Positions 45,461-54,854 of a DNA stretch of 64,000 nucleotides are shown in pieces (positions within the stretch are counted from its first letter, which is position 1; each line of letters begins with the position of its first letter). Made by a program: the position numbers and the translations under genes. The notes under the pieces are model-generated. The model ran no database searches and was not told the origin of the DNA. It saw only the letters and a program-made list of their open reading frames with translations. Source of the DNA: Pseudomonadales bacterium (GTDB lineage: Bacteria; Pseudomonadota; Gammaproteobacteria; Pseudomonadales; IMCC2047). The stretch lies in contig JACKNY010000001.1 of assembly GCA_024234615.1 (NCBI GenBank), positions 1,176,012 to 1,240,011 of the forward strand. The letters run 5' to 3'.

Positions 45461-46795
45461 ATGAGTACAATTGAAGAATGGCTTAGGGATCACCGAATCA
45501 GTGAGGTTGAATGCCTCATTCCGGATATGACAGGAAACGCCCGTGGGAAATTTATTAAAGCTGAAAAATTTAATAACGAAGATCCCAGATTGCCTGAGTC
45601 AATATTATTGCAGACGGTAACCGGTGAATACTGTGATGAGCATGACGATCTGATTAGTCCAACGGATCAGGATATGGTCTTAGCGGCAGATCCAAACACC
45701 GTGCGCCTTGTACCCTGGGCCAACGAGCCAACGGCGCAAATTATCCATGATTGCTATACCAGCGATGGCGAATTACACCCTATGTCGTCTCGTAACGTGC
45801 TGCGTCGTGTCCTGGCGCTTTATGATGAGATGGGTCTGAAGCCTATCGTCGCCCCTGAAGTAGAGTTCTATCTTATCCAAAAGAACGAAGACCCGGATTT
45901 CGAATTACAAGCGCCAATTGGACGTTCTGGGCGCCGTGAGGCGGCTCGCCAGTCCTACAGTATCGATGCCATCAACGAGTTTGAGCCGATCATCAATACC
46001 ATGTATGAATTCTGTGAAGCACAGCGCTTGAACATTGATACGCTGATTCATGAATCCGGCGCGGCGCAAATGGAAATAAATTTCCTGCATGGTGATGCGT
46101 TAGAACTGGCGGATCAGGTTTTTACTTTCAAGCGTACCATGCGGGAAACGGCATTAAGACACGGCGTTTATGCGACCTTTATGGCGAAACCGATGAGAAA
46201 AGAGCCGGGCAGTTCGATGCATATTCATCAGAGTTTGGTGAATAAAACAACGGGTGAAAATGTATTCTCCATTCCAACTGGTGAAAAAACAGATATTTTT
46301 ATGCATTACCTGGGAGGATTGCAAAAATATACCCCGGATATCTTCAGTTTTTATGCGCCCAACGTAAACTCTTATCGTCGCTTTGCCAAGGACATCGCTG
46401 CCCCGATCAACTTGCATTGGGGCAATGATAATCGCACTGTCGGATTGCGCGTTCCCAGCGCTGGCCCGGAGGCGACGCGTATTGAAAATCGATTTGCCGG
46501 GGTGGATGCCAACCCCTATCTCGCTATTGCCGCTACTCTGGCTTGCGGTTATGCGGGCATTAAAAATAAAATTCAACCGACAGAACCTTATCTTGGTAAT
46601 GCCTATGAGGAAGAAATAACGCTGCCTCGTTCGCTTGAGGAAGCGTTGCGTGGACTCGATGATTTATCTGATCTGGAGTCTATTATCGGCCCGGACTTTA
46701 TTCGCGCTTATCGCTGGATTAAACTGGATGAGTTTGAAGAATTTAACCGCGTTATTAGTTCCTGGGAGCGTGAGTATCTGTTATTAAACGTTTAG
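45461..46795 (+). CDS. Glutamine-synthetase-family gamma-glutamyl-polyamine synthetase (PuuA/PauA-like), copy 2
   Basis: EVEFYLI, GSSMHIHQSL, NSYRRF, WGNDNRTVGLRVP and RIENRFAGVDANPY. Confidence 0.8.
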   Translation: MSTIEEWLRDHRISEVECLIPDMTGNARGKFIKAEKFNNEDPRLPESILLQTVTGEYCDEHDDLISPTDQDMVLAADPNTVRLVPWANEPTAQIIHDCYTSDGELHPMSSRNVLRRVLALYDEMGLKPIVAPEVEFYLIQKNEDPDFELQAPIGRSGRREAARQSYSIDAINEFEPIINTMYEFCEAQRLNIDTLIHESGAAQMEINFLHGDALELADQVFTFKRTMRETALRHGVYATFMAKPMRKEPGSSMHIHQSLVNKTTGENVFSIPTGEKTDIFMHYLGGLQKYTPDIFSFYAPNVNSYRRFAKDIAAPINLHWGNDNRTVGLRVPSAGPEATRIENRFAGVDANPYLAIAATLACGYAGIKNKIQPTEPYLGNAYEEEITLPRSLEEALRGLDDLSDLESIIGPDFIRAYRWIKLDEFEEFNRVISSWEREYLLLNV

Positions 46796-46870
46796 TAGCC
46801 TGTTAAGGAGTGTCCTTAATTCCTTAGCAGTTTGCTATATCCTGCGAGCAGGAACGCCTGTGGAGGGTCA

Positions 46871-47722
46871 ATGAGTCTGAGTGCGTCAGCTAAGCATCCG
46901 CCTCATTTGTGGTTTAACCTGTTTAAATACGCTATCTACGGGCTTTTAGTCTTAAATATTTTTCTGTTTTTTAGGGACGATTGGCTGGCTGCGCAACACC
47001 TGTTCGCGACCGGCTTTTCGATAGCGCGTCTAGTCGAAGCCTTTGCGACTACCTTGGATACGACAGCCTGGGTCATCTTGCTGTTACTCTTTGAGCTGGA
47101 AACCTACGTTATTCCCGATGAAAAAATCAAAGGCAGGCTCAAGTTTAGCTTGCATGGAATACGGGCACTTTGTGTCTGTGCGATTCTCTATGCCTTTTAT
47201 GGATACGTTGCCAGATGTCTCGCGCTTTATGAAATAACACCGGTATCCGCCACTGATCTTTGCAGTCTGATAGGGTCGTCTTTTTACTATATGACCGGCC
47301 ATGACCAGTACAGAGTGCTGGATGCTCTTAGCTGCCAATCGTTGAATCCAACAGCCGCTGCGGTACTTATGTTGGAATCAAATGTCATCACAGATCAACG
47401 CACCTTGGAAGCTGCTCAATGGTTGTCCTGGGTCGATGTTGTTAACGCCGGCGATTGGCTGCTAGTAGTGTTGGTGTTGGAAATAGATGTACGGCTACAG
47501 TTGAGAGGAATGCTAACAGGGCGCGTCCTGCTGGCGAGTAAAGCGACCAAAGGGCTGTTATACAGTGTGCTCCTTTTAGCGGCGGCCTACTGGTGGGCGG
47601 AAGGCGACTTTATCGATTTCTGGGATGCGTTTCTCTGGATCATTGCCTTCATCTTTATTGAGATGAATGTCTTTGAATGGCAGGTGGAGACCGCTCGCAA
47701 GAACAAACCCAAGCTAAGTTAG
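46871..47722 (+). CDS. Polytopic membrane protein of unknown function
   Basis: It has several TM helices. Three of them end in a similar acidic motif (LLLFELET, VLVLEIDV, FIFIEMNV). GGAGG precedes ATG 46871. Confidence 0.5.
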   Translation: MSLSASAKHPPHLWFNLFKYAIYGLLVLNIFLFFRDDWLAAQHLFATGFSIARLVEAFATTLDTTAWVILLLLFELETYVIPDEKIKGRLKFSLHGIRALCVCAILYAFYGYVARCLALYEITPVSATDLCSLIGSSFYYMTGHDQYRVLDALSCQSLNPTAAAVLMLESNVITDQRTLEAAQWLSWVDVVNAGDWLLVVLVLEIDVRLQLRGMLTGRVLLASKATKGLLYSVLLLAAAYWWAEGDFIDFWDAFLWIIAFIFIEMNVFEWQVETARKNKPKLS

Positions 47723-47730
47723 AGCGAAAT

Positions 47731-48588
47731 TTATGAGGGTGAGGAGCGTGCAGTTATGGCGCTTTGATAGGGTATCAAGGGATCCCCGCCTTCGTAGTTG
47801 TCGATACTCATCAGCGAGTCGATGAATAAATGAAAGAGTTCGCCCTGGGTGCTGATATCAAGTTTCGCATAGGCATTTTTTCGGTGCAGCTTCACCGTTT
47901 CTACTGAGATGCTGAGCCGTGAAGAAATAGCTTTAGTTGAATAGCCGTGCAGGATCATTTGCACCATCTGGCTTTCACGTTCTGTTAGCATACTTTTACC
48001 AAAATACTCCAGCGCGGCTTCGAGCCTGCCACGCAGATCCTTTTGCGTGCCGAATTCGAAATCTTCCGTATGCCAGTGCTGGGTGACCAATGCTTCCACC
48101 AAGGGTGTTATTTCCGAGAAGTGCAGCAGTTGCTCTGCGCTGAACGGAGCGGACATGCTGATACGGCCGAGTGAAATATTAACAAAATTTTTGCCGGTAT
48201 CGCCGAGCTGAATTAGATAGCCGCATTCATCAATCAGCCCTGAGGATTTATAGTAAGTCCGATAATATTCGCTGTGATCAAAACCGGAGGGCGCCAGTTG
48301 GTTGAGCTGATAAAAGCCGCGCTGGTTCTTCTTGGTCGCTGCCAAATAATAAGGGTCCAGTAAAAACGCGCCTTTGACAAAGCGGTCAATAGTTGAAGCC
48401 CGCTGACCGCTGGGCAGATCGTTATGTTCGATACGAGGCAATTTTTTACTGGGGTAGGTGATAATCACCACATTATCGAGTGCCGCGAGTTGTTTGAAGT
48501 ACTTGGCGAGCATTGACGGGAATACGTCTGAGCGTAATCGGGGTACGAGCTGTGCTGTCGCAGTGCTGAATTTTGCAAGGAATGACAT
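47731..48588 (-). CDS. LuxR-family transcriptional regulator (C-terminal HTH, uncharacterised N-terminal domain)
   Basis: The C-terminus is LTERESQMVQMILHGYSTKAISSRLSISVETVKLHRKNAYAKL. Confidence 0.8.
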   Translation of the reverse strand: MSFLAKFSTATAQLVPRLRSDVFPSMLAKYFKQLAALDNVVIITYPSKKLPRIEHNDLPSGQRASTIDRFVKGAFLLDPYYLAATKKNQRGFYQLNQLAPSGFDHSEYYRTYYKSSGLIDECGYLIQLGDTGKNFVNISLGRISMSAPFSAEQLLHFSEITPLVEALVTQHWHTEDFEFGTQKDLRGRLEAALEYFGKSMLTERESQMVQMILHGYSTKAISSRLSISVETVKLHRKNAYAKLDISTQGELFHLFIDSLMSIDNYEGGDPLIPYQSAITARSSPS

Positions 48589-48840
48589 AGATTCACTTAA
48601 ATTTTCTAATTATGCGTTGAAATGATAGCTTGATTTCACCGTGCTTAACATCCCTAATGCCGCCCAACTAAGAAACAAGCCATCGCGTTTTCATCGAAAA
48701 CGTACAGGATGATAGGTTATAGTACTACCTCTTCGGGTTATGTTATTTTGGCGGTGACATCATTATCATGCCAATGGTAAAGCTAAAGACGAATATGTTC
48801 TGCGTGCTGCGTGAAAAATTGAGTATGTGAGGAGTAATAA

Positions 48841-50274
48841 ATGAAAGGGTACGATAATTTTTATATTAATGGCGAATGGGTAAGCCCTATAACGGAGCGC
48901 ATGCAGGATGTTATCAATCCGGCGACTGAGCAGGTGATCGGGCGGGTCGCACTGGGCAATGCTGCTGATGTTGAGAAGGCAGTTGCCGTAGCGCGGGTCG
49001 CCTTTGAGACGTGGTCTCAGACCTCTGTTGAGGAAAGACTGGCGCTGTTAGAGCGCATTATTACACTGTATAGCGAACGGATGGAAGAAATGGCGCAGGC
49101 GATCTCCTCTGAGATGGGAGCGCCGATCCGTTTAGCGCGCAACTCGCAAGCACCGATCGGTCTGGTTCACTTTAAAACTGTGCGCAAAGTGTTGCAGTCA
49201 TACGATTTTGAAGAATCCTTGGGTGGCAGTCAGCTTGTCAAAGAACCCATAGGGGTGTGTGGTTTTATTACGCCCTGGAATTGGCCGATGAATCAGATCG
49301 CCTGTAAGGTTGCGCCTGCGTTGGCATGCGGTTGTACCATGGTGTTAAAGCCCAGTGAACTGGCACCGATATCCGCCAATCTTTTTGCTCAGATTATGCA
49401 CGATGCCGGTGTGCCGCCCGGTGTTTTTAATATGGTCAATGGTGACGGGCTCGGTGTTGGCGCGGCGCTGACAGCGCATCCGGATGTCGATATGGTATCG
49501 CTCACTGGCTCAACCCGGGCCGGCATTCAGGTGTCAAAGGCGGCGGCGGATACGGTTAAGCGTGTGGCGCTGGAGCTAGGCGGTAAGTCTCCTAATATTA
49601 TTCTGGAAGATACAGATTTTGACGCAGCTGTGGCGGCAGGCGCCACCGAATGCTTCCGTAACACTGGACAATCCTGCAATGCGCCAACACGTATGCTAGT
49701 TCCCGCCCGTCTGCATGATCGTGCTGTTGAAATTGCCAAGGCGACAGCGGAGGAAACCATTGCTGGCGACCCCCAATCCAAGCAGACGGTGATCGGGCCA
49801 TTGGCCAATAGCGCACAATTTAGCAAGGTGCAATCAATGATTCAGGCCGCTATTGATGAGGGTAGTGAATTAGTGGCTGGCGGTGTGGGGCGGCCGGATG
49901 GCCTGGAGCGTGGCTACTTTGTCAAAGCTACCGTGTTCGCCAATGTGAAAAATGACATGCTGGTGGCACGCGAGGAAGTCTTTGGTCCGGTATTAGCCAT
50001 TATGCCTTATCAGGATGAGGACGAAGCGGTAGCGATAGCCAACGATTCGCCCTATGGATTGGCCGGTTACGTGCAGTCAGGCGATATCGAACACGCGCGA
50101 GCGATTGCCCGAAAAATTCGCGCGGGCACAATCTTCCTCAATGGTAATAACTTTGACCCTAATGCGCCCTTTGGCGGTTACAAACAATCCGGTAACGGTC
50201 GCGAATGGGGCAGCTTTGCCTTCCATGACTTCCTTGAACTTAAGGGCATCGTCGGTTACAACCCCCCAGCCTAG
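48841..50274 (+). CDS. NAD(P)-dependent aldehyde dehydrogenase (PuuC/PauC-like)
   Basis: ALDH motifs FITPWNWP, LELGGKSP (Glu site), FRNTGQSCNAPTR (Cys site) and EEVFGPV. Confidence 0.88.
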   Translation: MKGYDNFYINGEWVSPITERMQDVINPATEQVIGRVALGNAADVEKAVAVARVAFETWSQTSVEERLALLERIITLYSERMEEMAQAISSEMGAPIRLARNSQAPIGLVHFKTVRKVLQSYDFEESLGGSQLVKEPIGVCGFITPWNWPMNQIACKVAPALACGCTMVLKPSELAPISANLFAQIMHDAGVPPGVFNMVNGDGLGVGAALTAHPDVDMVSLTGSTRAGIQVSKAAADTVKRVALELGGKSPNIILEDTDFDAAVAAGATECFRNTGQSCNAPTRMLVPARLHDRAVEIAKATAEETIAGDPQSKQTVIGPLANSAQFSKVQSMIQAAIDEGSELVAGGVGRPDGLERGYFVKATVFANVKNDMLVAREEVFGPVLAIMPYQDEDEAVAIANDSPYGLAGYVQSGDIEHARAIARKIRAGTIFLNGNNFDPNAPFGGYKQSGNGREWGSFAFHDFLELKGIVGYNPPA

Positions 50275-50319
50275 TCAGTTATTCAGCGCGGCCCTTTTCC
50301 GGGGCCGTTCTCGTTTTAT

Positions 50320-51243
50320 TTACTTTGCAGCGGCCAGTACGTTTAAAAATTCCAGGCCGATAGTTGCTGCTGCGAGCGCGGTTATTTCAGCATGATCGTA
50401 GGCCGGGGCGACCTCGACAATGTCCATCCCGATTAAACGACAACCCACCAGTTCGCGTAGAATTTGCAATACTTTGTTGGTGTTCATGCCGCCTGCAACC
50501 GGTGTCCCGGTACCAGGTGCGTAAGCCGGATCTAGGCAGTCAATATCGAAGGTGACGTAGGCGGGTGTATCTTGGATTCTTTGTTTGATGGCAAGGCCGA
50601 CTTCTTTCGCTGAACAGGCGTTGGCTTTATCCGCATCAATCACCAGGTATTCGTGAGTCTCGAACGGATACTCGGTGCGGATGCCAATCTGCACCGAATA
50701 CGAAGGATCGATAATACCTTCCTTCGGCCCCTGATAAAACATGGCACCGTGATTATAGGGGTTGTCGGATTCTTCGGTATCTGTGTGTGCATCGAAATGA
50801 ATGATCGAAATGGGTCCGTGTGTTCTCGCGTGTGCCCGCATCAGGGGTAGGGAAATAAAATGGTCTCCACCCAGACATAAAAGAGTTTTTCCGGCATCTA
50901 GTACTTGTGCCGCAGTGGATTCCAATAGCGAGACGAAGGTTTCGCTATCACCGGTAGGGAACTCCAAATCACCGTAGTCAATTATCCGCAGTTTTTCATG
51001 CAGATTGAAACGCCAGGGCCAGCGTTTTTCCTCCCAGGTCAGGTTGCTGGATATTTTTCGAATCGCTGCCGGGCCGGAGCGGGCCCCGGCGCGGCCTGAT
51101 GTCGCCAGATCATAGGGTACGCCTAATACCACGACATCGGCTTGCGTGAGATCCCGCGTTAGGGGGCATTGCAAATAGCCGAAAGGGTTGGCATACAGGG
51201 ATGGCTCCATACGGCCCAGAGTTTGTTTGCGTTTTTTGTACAT
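50320..51243 (-). CDS. Ureohydrolase family protein (agmatinase / guanidinobutyrase-type)
   Basis: Mn-binding motifs LGGDHFISLP, IIHFDAHTDT, DIDCLDP and GMDIVEVAPAYD. Confidence 0.85.
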   Translation of the reverse strand: MYKKRKQTLGRMEPSLYANPFGYLQCPLTRDLTQADVVVLGVPYDLATSGRAGARSGPAAIRKISSNLTWEEKRWPWRFNLHEKLRIIDYGDLEFPTGDSETFVSLLESTAAQVLDAGKTLLCLGGDHFISLPLMRAHARTHGPISIIHFDAHTDTEESDNPYNHGAMFYQGPKEGIIDPSYSVQIGIRTEYPFETHEYLVIDADKANACSAKEVGLAIKQRIQDTPAYVTFDIDCLDPAYAPGTGTPVAGGMNTNKVLQILRELVGCRLIGMDIVEVAPAYDHAEITALAAATIGLEFLNVLAAAK

Positions 51244-51423
51244 GGCTTTTACCCGTCAGCTTGATTATCAGTAATGCAAAGACATTAAGAAATCCATCAG
51301 AGGTTTCTTAGACTAAAGCGCAACAGAAAAAAAGAAAATAGCCCTTTGGGGTAGTTTGCCCCCTTATTTCAATCAGCAAACGGTTCATGAATAATCCGCT
51401 TGGATTTGAAATAACGATTCAAC

Positions 51424-52704
51424 TTGCGTAGATTGGTAATTCCTGTCTTAGCAGCCGAGGAGGTTCTTATCAACTGTTCCGTCAATATTCAGCGTATTGA
51501 AAAAGACCTTTACCGTTTATCCGAGTTCGGTTGCAACGCCGCCGAGAAAGGTATTTATCGACAAGGATTTAGTGAAGCCGACTGGCAGGCACGCACTTGG
51601 TTAATGGATTATTTTCGCCAACATAGGCTGGTTACGCATATGGACGGCGTGGGTAATGTTTGCGGACGCTTGGGAGATGATGAGCAGCCAGCGGTTCTAA
51701 TCGGTTCGCATCTGGACTCGGTACCCGCCGGGGGAATGTTTGACGGTGTGCTTGGGGTGATCGCAGGTCTTGAGTGTATTAGGGTGATCCAGGAGCAAAA
51801 AATACCCCTGAAACACCCGATTGAAGTAATCGCCACCAGTGAAGAAGAGGGGCGTTTTGGCGGGATGCTGGGCGCTCAGGCATTGACCGGCGCACTGACG
51901 CTGGACTGGCTGGAACATGCCAAAGCGCCAGAAGGTTTAAGCTTGGTCGACGCGATGGCCCAACGGGGATTGGATTATCATCAGGCACTGCACGCTTACC
52001 GTACACCGGAAAGCATAAAGGCGTTTCTTGAACTGCACATCGAACAGGGTCCGGTGCTAGAAGCCAGCGGTAATAGCATTGGCGTTGTCGAGGGTATTTC
52101 CGGTGTATTCAAGTGGTTGATCAAATTGATTGGCAAAGCCGATCATGCGGGAACGGCGCCGATGAATATGCGCAGCGATGCCTTTATGGGGGTGGCGGAT
52201 TTCGCCCATGAAATTCAGCGTATCATTGACGAGGACGGTACCGATAAATCGCGTCTGACTATCGGACGGGTTGAACTGAAACCCGGCTACGCCCACACCA
52301 TCCCCGGAGAGGCGGATTTTACTCTGGTAGGCCGCGATATGTCTGAGGAGGTTATGCACGAATTGGCGGCCAACTGTCGCAAAGCTTTATCATCGATTGC
52401 GCGTCGGCACCGCTTGATGTTTGAGTATGAACAAATGAGTTGGTTGGGGCCGAAAAGTTGTTCGCAAGACATTATGTCGCTGATCGAAGCACATACCCGC
52501 AAACTGAATTATAGCTATGAAATCATGCCCAGCGGCGCCGGACACGATGCTCAGTTTTTCACTGATATTACACCGACTGGTATGATATTTATTCCCAGTA
52601 TCGGCGGTATTAGCCATGCGCCAGACGAATGGTCGCACTGGGCGGATGTCGAAAAGGGCTGCAATGTATTGTTGAATACGGTCATTGAACTGGCGGCGGA
52701 ATAA
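51424..52704 (+). CDS. M20-family Zn-dependent amidase of the hydantoinase/carbamoylase (allantoate amidohydrolase / N-carbamoyl-amino-acid hydrolase) type. The start is uncertain.
   Basis: GSHLDSVPAGGMFDGVLGVIAGLECIR, ATSEEEGRFG, ELHIEQGP and HAPDEW motifs. Confidence 0.8.
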   Translation: MRRLVIPVLAAEEVLINCSVNIQRIEKDLYRLSEFGCNAAEKGIYRQGFSEADWQARTWLMDYFRQHRLVTHMDGVGNVCGRLGDDEQPAVLIGSHLDSVPAGGMFDGVLGVIAGLECIRVIQEQKIPLKHPIEVIATSEEEGRFGGMLGAQALTGALTLDWLEHAKAPEGLSLVDAMAQRGLDYHQALHAYRTPESIKAFLELHIEQGPVLEASGNSIGVVEGISGVFKWLIKLIGKADHAGTAPMNMRSDAFMGVADFAHEIQRIIDEDGTDKSRLTIGRVELKPGYAHTIPGEADFTLVGRDMSEEVMHELAANCRKALSSIARRHRLMFEYEQMSWLGPKSCSQDIMSLIEAHTRKLNYSYEIMPSGAGHDAQFFTDITPTGMIFIPSIGGISHAPDEWSHWADVEKGCNVLLNTVIELAAE

Positions 52705-52736
52705 GACTGTCCGCAGCGTTTTGCGAGTAACTCAGG

Positions 52737-54749
52737 TTATGCCGTCCAGTTTAATGCTTCTGCGCGTTGTGCGGCGAATTTCGGCACATCCTGCGCAACA
52801 AAGTGGTGATGCAGCAATTGCACGCCAAGAATATGATTGATCATGGCATCTAACTGAACTTTAGTCTCGTTATCCATCGCTGGGTTTTCGTGATTATTTA
52901 GCAGCGTTTCTATCGCCTGATAATCAAGTAGGCCGGCAGCCTCAACCTTCTCCCTGTTCGCGTATTCGTGCATCAGACCCAGCATCGAGCGCCATTTCTT
53001 TTTGTCGGTATGCGCTGGCGGCGCCATGAACGCAAACTTCTGCCGTTTATACAGGGTTTCCGGCAGCAGCCCTTTCATCGCTTCGCGTAAGACGTATTTT
53101 TCGGTTGCACCCTTGATCCGTAGTTGCGGTGGTACCTGGGTTGCGAACCGTGCCAGATGGTGATCCAAAAATGGAGGGCGTGCCTCCATTGAGTTTGCCA
53201 TATCTACCCGATCCCCGCCCCAAGTCAGGATTTGACCTTCAAGCATGGTTTTGATCCAGACATATTGCGCTTTATCTAAGGGATGCCTGCCATCCAGCTG
53301 GCTTTTATCGAATGTCGCGGCGATGGCGTCACCGGCGTCATAGTCCGCTAATTGCTGGCGCCATTGCGGATTAATCAACGGCATGGCGAAATCATGACAG
53401 TGTAGCCAGTTTTGTAAACAGCTGGGAGTGAAGCCCACCACAGCATTCATTGCTGCCGAGCTAAAATCTTCACGTGGCAACATAGCGCCACGAAATAATT
53501 GGTTGCTGGCTTCCAGGCTGGCCTGCCATTCTTTGCGCAAACTGGCAGGCAGGTTGTCCAGGCCATACAGAAACATATCTTTGCGGAAGGCGGGATAACC
53601 AGCGAATAGCTCGTCGGAGCCTTCACCGGTCAGCACGACCTTATAGCGATTTTTCTTCACCGTTTCGCTCATCAATAACTTGGCGACCCCCAGGGTATTG
53701 TAGATAGTTCTTTCGGTGTGCCAGAGTGTGCGGGCGAAATGGTCATACAGTTGTTCGGCGGAGAGGGATAGTACCAATTGTTCCGCGCCGGTCATTTCAG
53801 CCATTTCGCGGGCAATTGGGGTTTCGTCATAGTCGCTACTGTCAAATCCGATGGTGAATGCTTTAACGGGATCTTGGCGTACGGCGGCGGATAGGCCAAG
53901 AATGGAGCACGAATCAATACCGCCGGACAGGTAACAGCCTACTGGAACATCCGCCTGCAGACGATGTTGTACGGCTTCCAGTAACTGCTCTCTGACCCCT
54001 TCGATGTAATAATTTTCATCGCGTTGATTGACATAATCCCCGGCCACGGGAAAGTCGATATCCCAGTATTTTTGTTGATGAATTTTTAGTTGGCCGTCTT
54101 TGCGTTGAATTTTAATCAGCTGTCCGGGCGGCACTTGATGCACACCTTTGAAGGCGGTGCTGCCGGGCACCATGACTTGAATTAATTGGTGGTAGACACC
54201 TTCTGCTGTGAGCTCGCGTTTCACGCCGGGATGAGCAAACAGTACTTTCAGTTCCGAACCGAAAACGACGCCGTCTTCGGTCTCCGCCCAATATAGGGGC
54301 TTAACGCCGAACCGATCGCGTACCAGGTAAAGGCAGTCTTCGGCCTTATCGAACAGGGCAAAAGCAAACTCACCACGTAAATAGTCCAGCGTTTTTTCCA
54401 TACCATAGCGTGGATAGAGGTGCAGAATAATTTCAGAATCACTTTTGCTGGCGAAACGGTCGCCAGTTGAAACCAGGTTAGCGCGAATGCGCTGGAAATC
54501 GTAAAACTCGCCGTTATGTACTAGCCAAAGATTTTGTTCGGGTGATACGTACGGCTGGCGGCCTCGCTCCTCGTTGAGATCAATAATTGACAGGCGCGCA
54601 TGACTCATACCCATGCCCAAGCCAGCCGGGTTAGCATAGCCGAAATTATCGGGGCCGCGATGGTGTTGAATGGCCGCCATGTTGACTAATAGTTGTGAGT
54701 CGATCGGTTGTTGCGCGTCGCGGTGAAAAACACCAGCAATACCACACAT
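52737..54749 (-). CDS. Long asparagine-synthase-family glutamine amidotransferase (AsnB-like, 670 aa)
   Basis: N-terminal MCGIAG (Cys2 glutaminase nucleophile). PP-loop CYLSGGIDSCS. Confidence 0.85.
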   Translation of the reverse strand: MCGIAGVFHRDAQQPIDSQLLVNMAAIQHHRGPDNFGYANPAGLGMGMSHARLSIIDLNEERGRQPYVSPEQNLWLVHNGEFYDFQRIRANLVSTGDRFASKSDSEIILHLYPRYGMEKTLDYLRGEFAFALFDKAEDCLYLVRDRFGVKPLYWAETEDGVVFGSELKVLFAHPGVKRELTAEGVYHQLIQVMVPGSTAFKGVHQVPPGQLIKIQRKDGQLKIHQQKYWDIDFPVAGDYVNQRDENYYIEGVREQLLEAVQHRLQADVPVGCYLSGGIDSCSILGLSAAVRQDPVKAFTIGFDSSDYDETPIAREMAEMTGAEQLVLSLSAEQLYDHFARTLWHTERTIYNTLGVAKLLMSETVKKNRYKVVLTGEGSDELFAGYPAFRKDMFLYGLDNLPASLRKEWQASLEASNQLFRGAMLPREDFSSAAMNAVVGFTPSCLQNWLHCHDFAMPLINPQWRQQLADYDAGDAIAATFDKSQLDGRHPLDKAQYVWIKTMLEGQILTWGGDRVDMANSMEARPPFLDHHLARFATQVPPQLRIKGATEKYVLREAMKGLLPETLYKRQKFAFMAPPAHTDKKKWRSMLGLMHEYANREKVEAAGLLDYQAIETLLNNHENPAMDNETKVQLDAMINHILGVQLLHHHFVAQDVPKFAAQRAEALNWTA

Positions 54750-54854
54750 ATAATGCTCCTTTGTGTTACAAAAAACCGGACTAAGGAGAAGTTAGTCCGA
54801 ATCGGAAGTTGGTCATATGAATACCTATGATTGGATTAGCCTATGCGTTGAAGG

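Noticed and set aside
52737-54749. AsnB-like protein as the missing lasso cyclase for the PqqD/kinase cassette
   Set aside because: It keeps the N-terminal MCGIAG glutaminase nucleophile typical of true amidotransferases, lies about 30 kb away in a different operon, and no B2-type protease or precursor is nearby.
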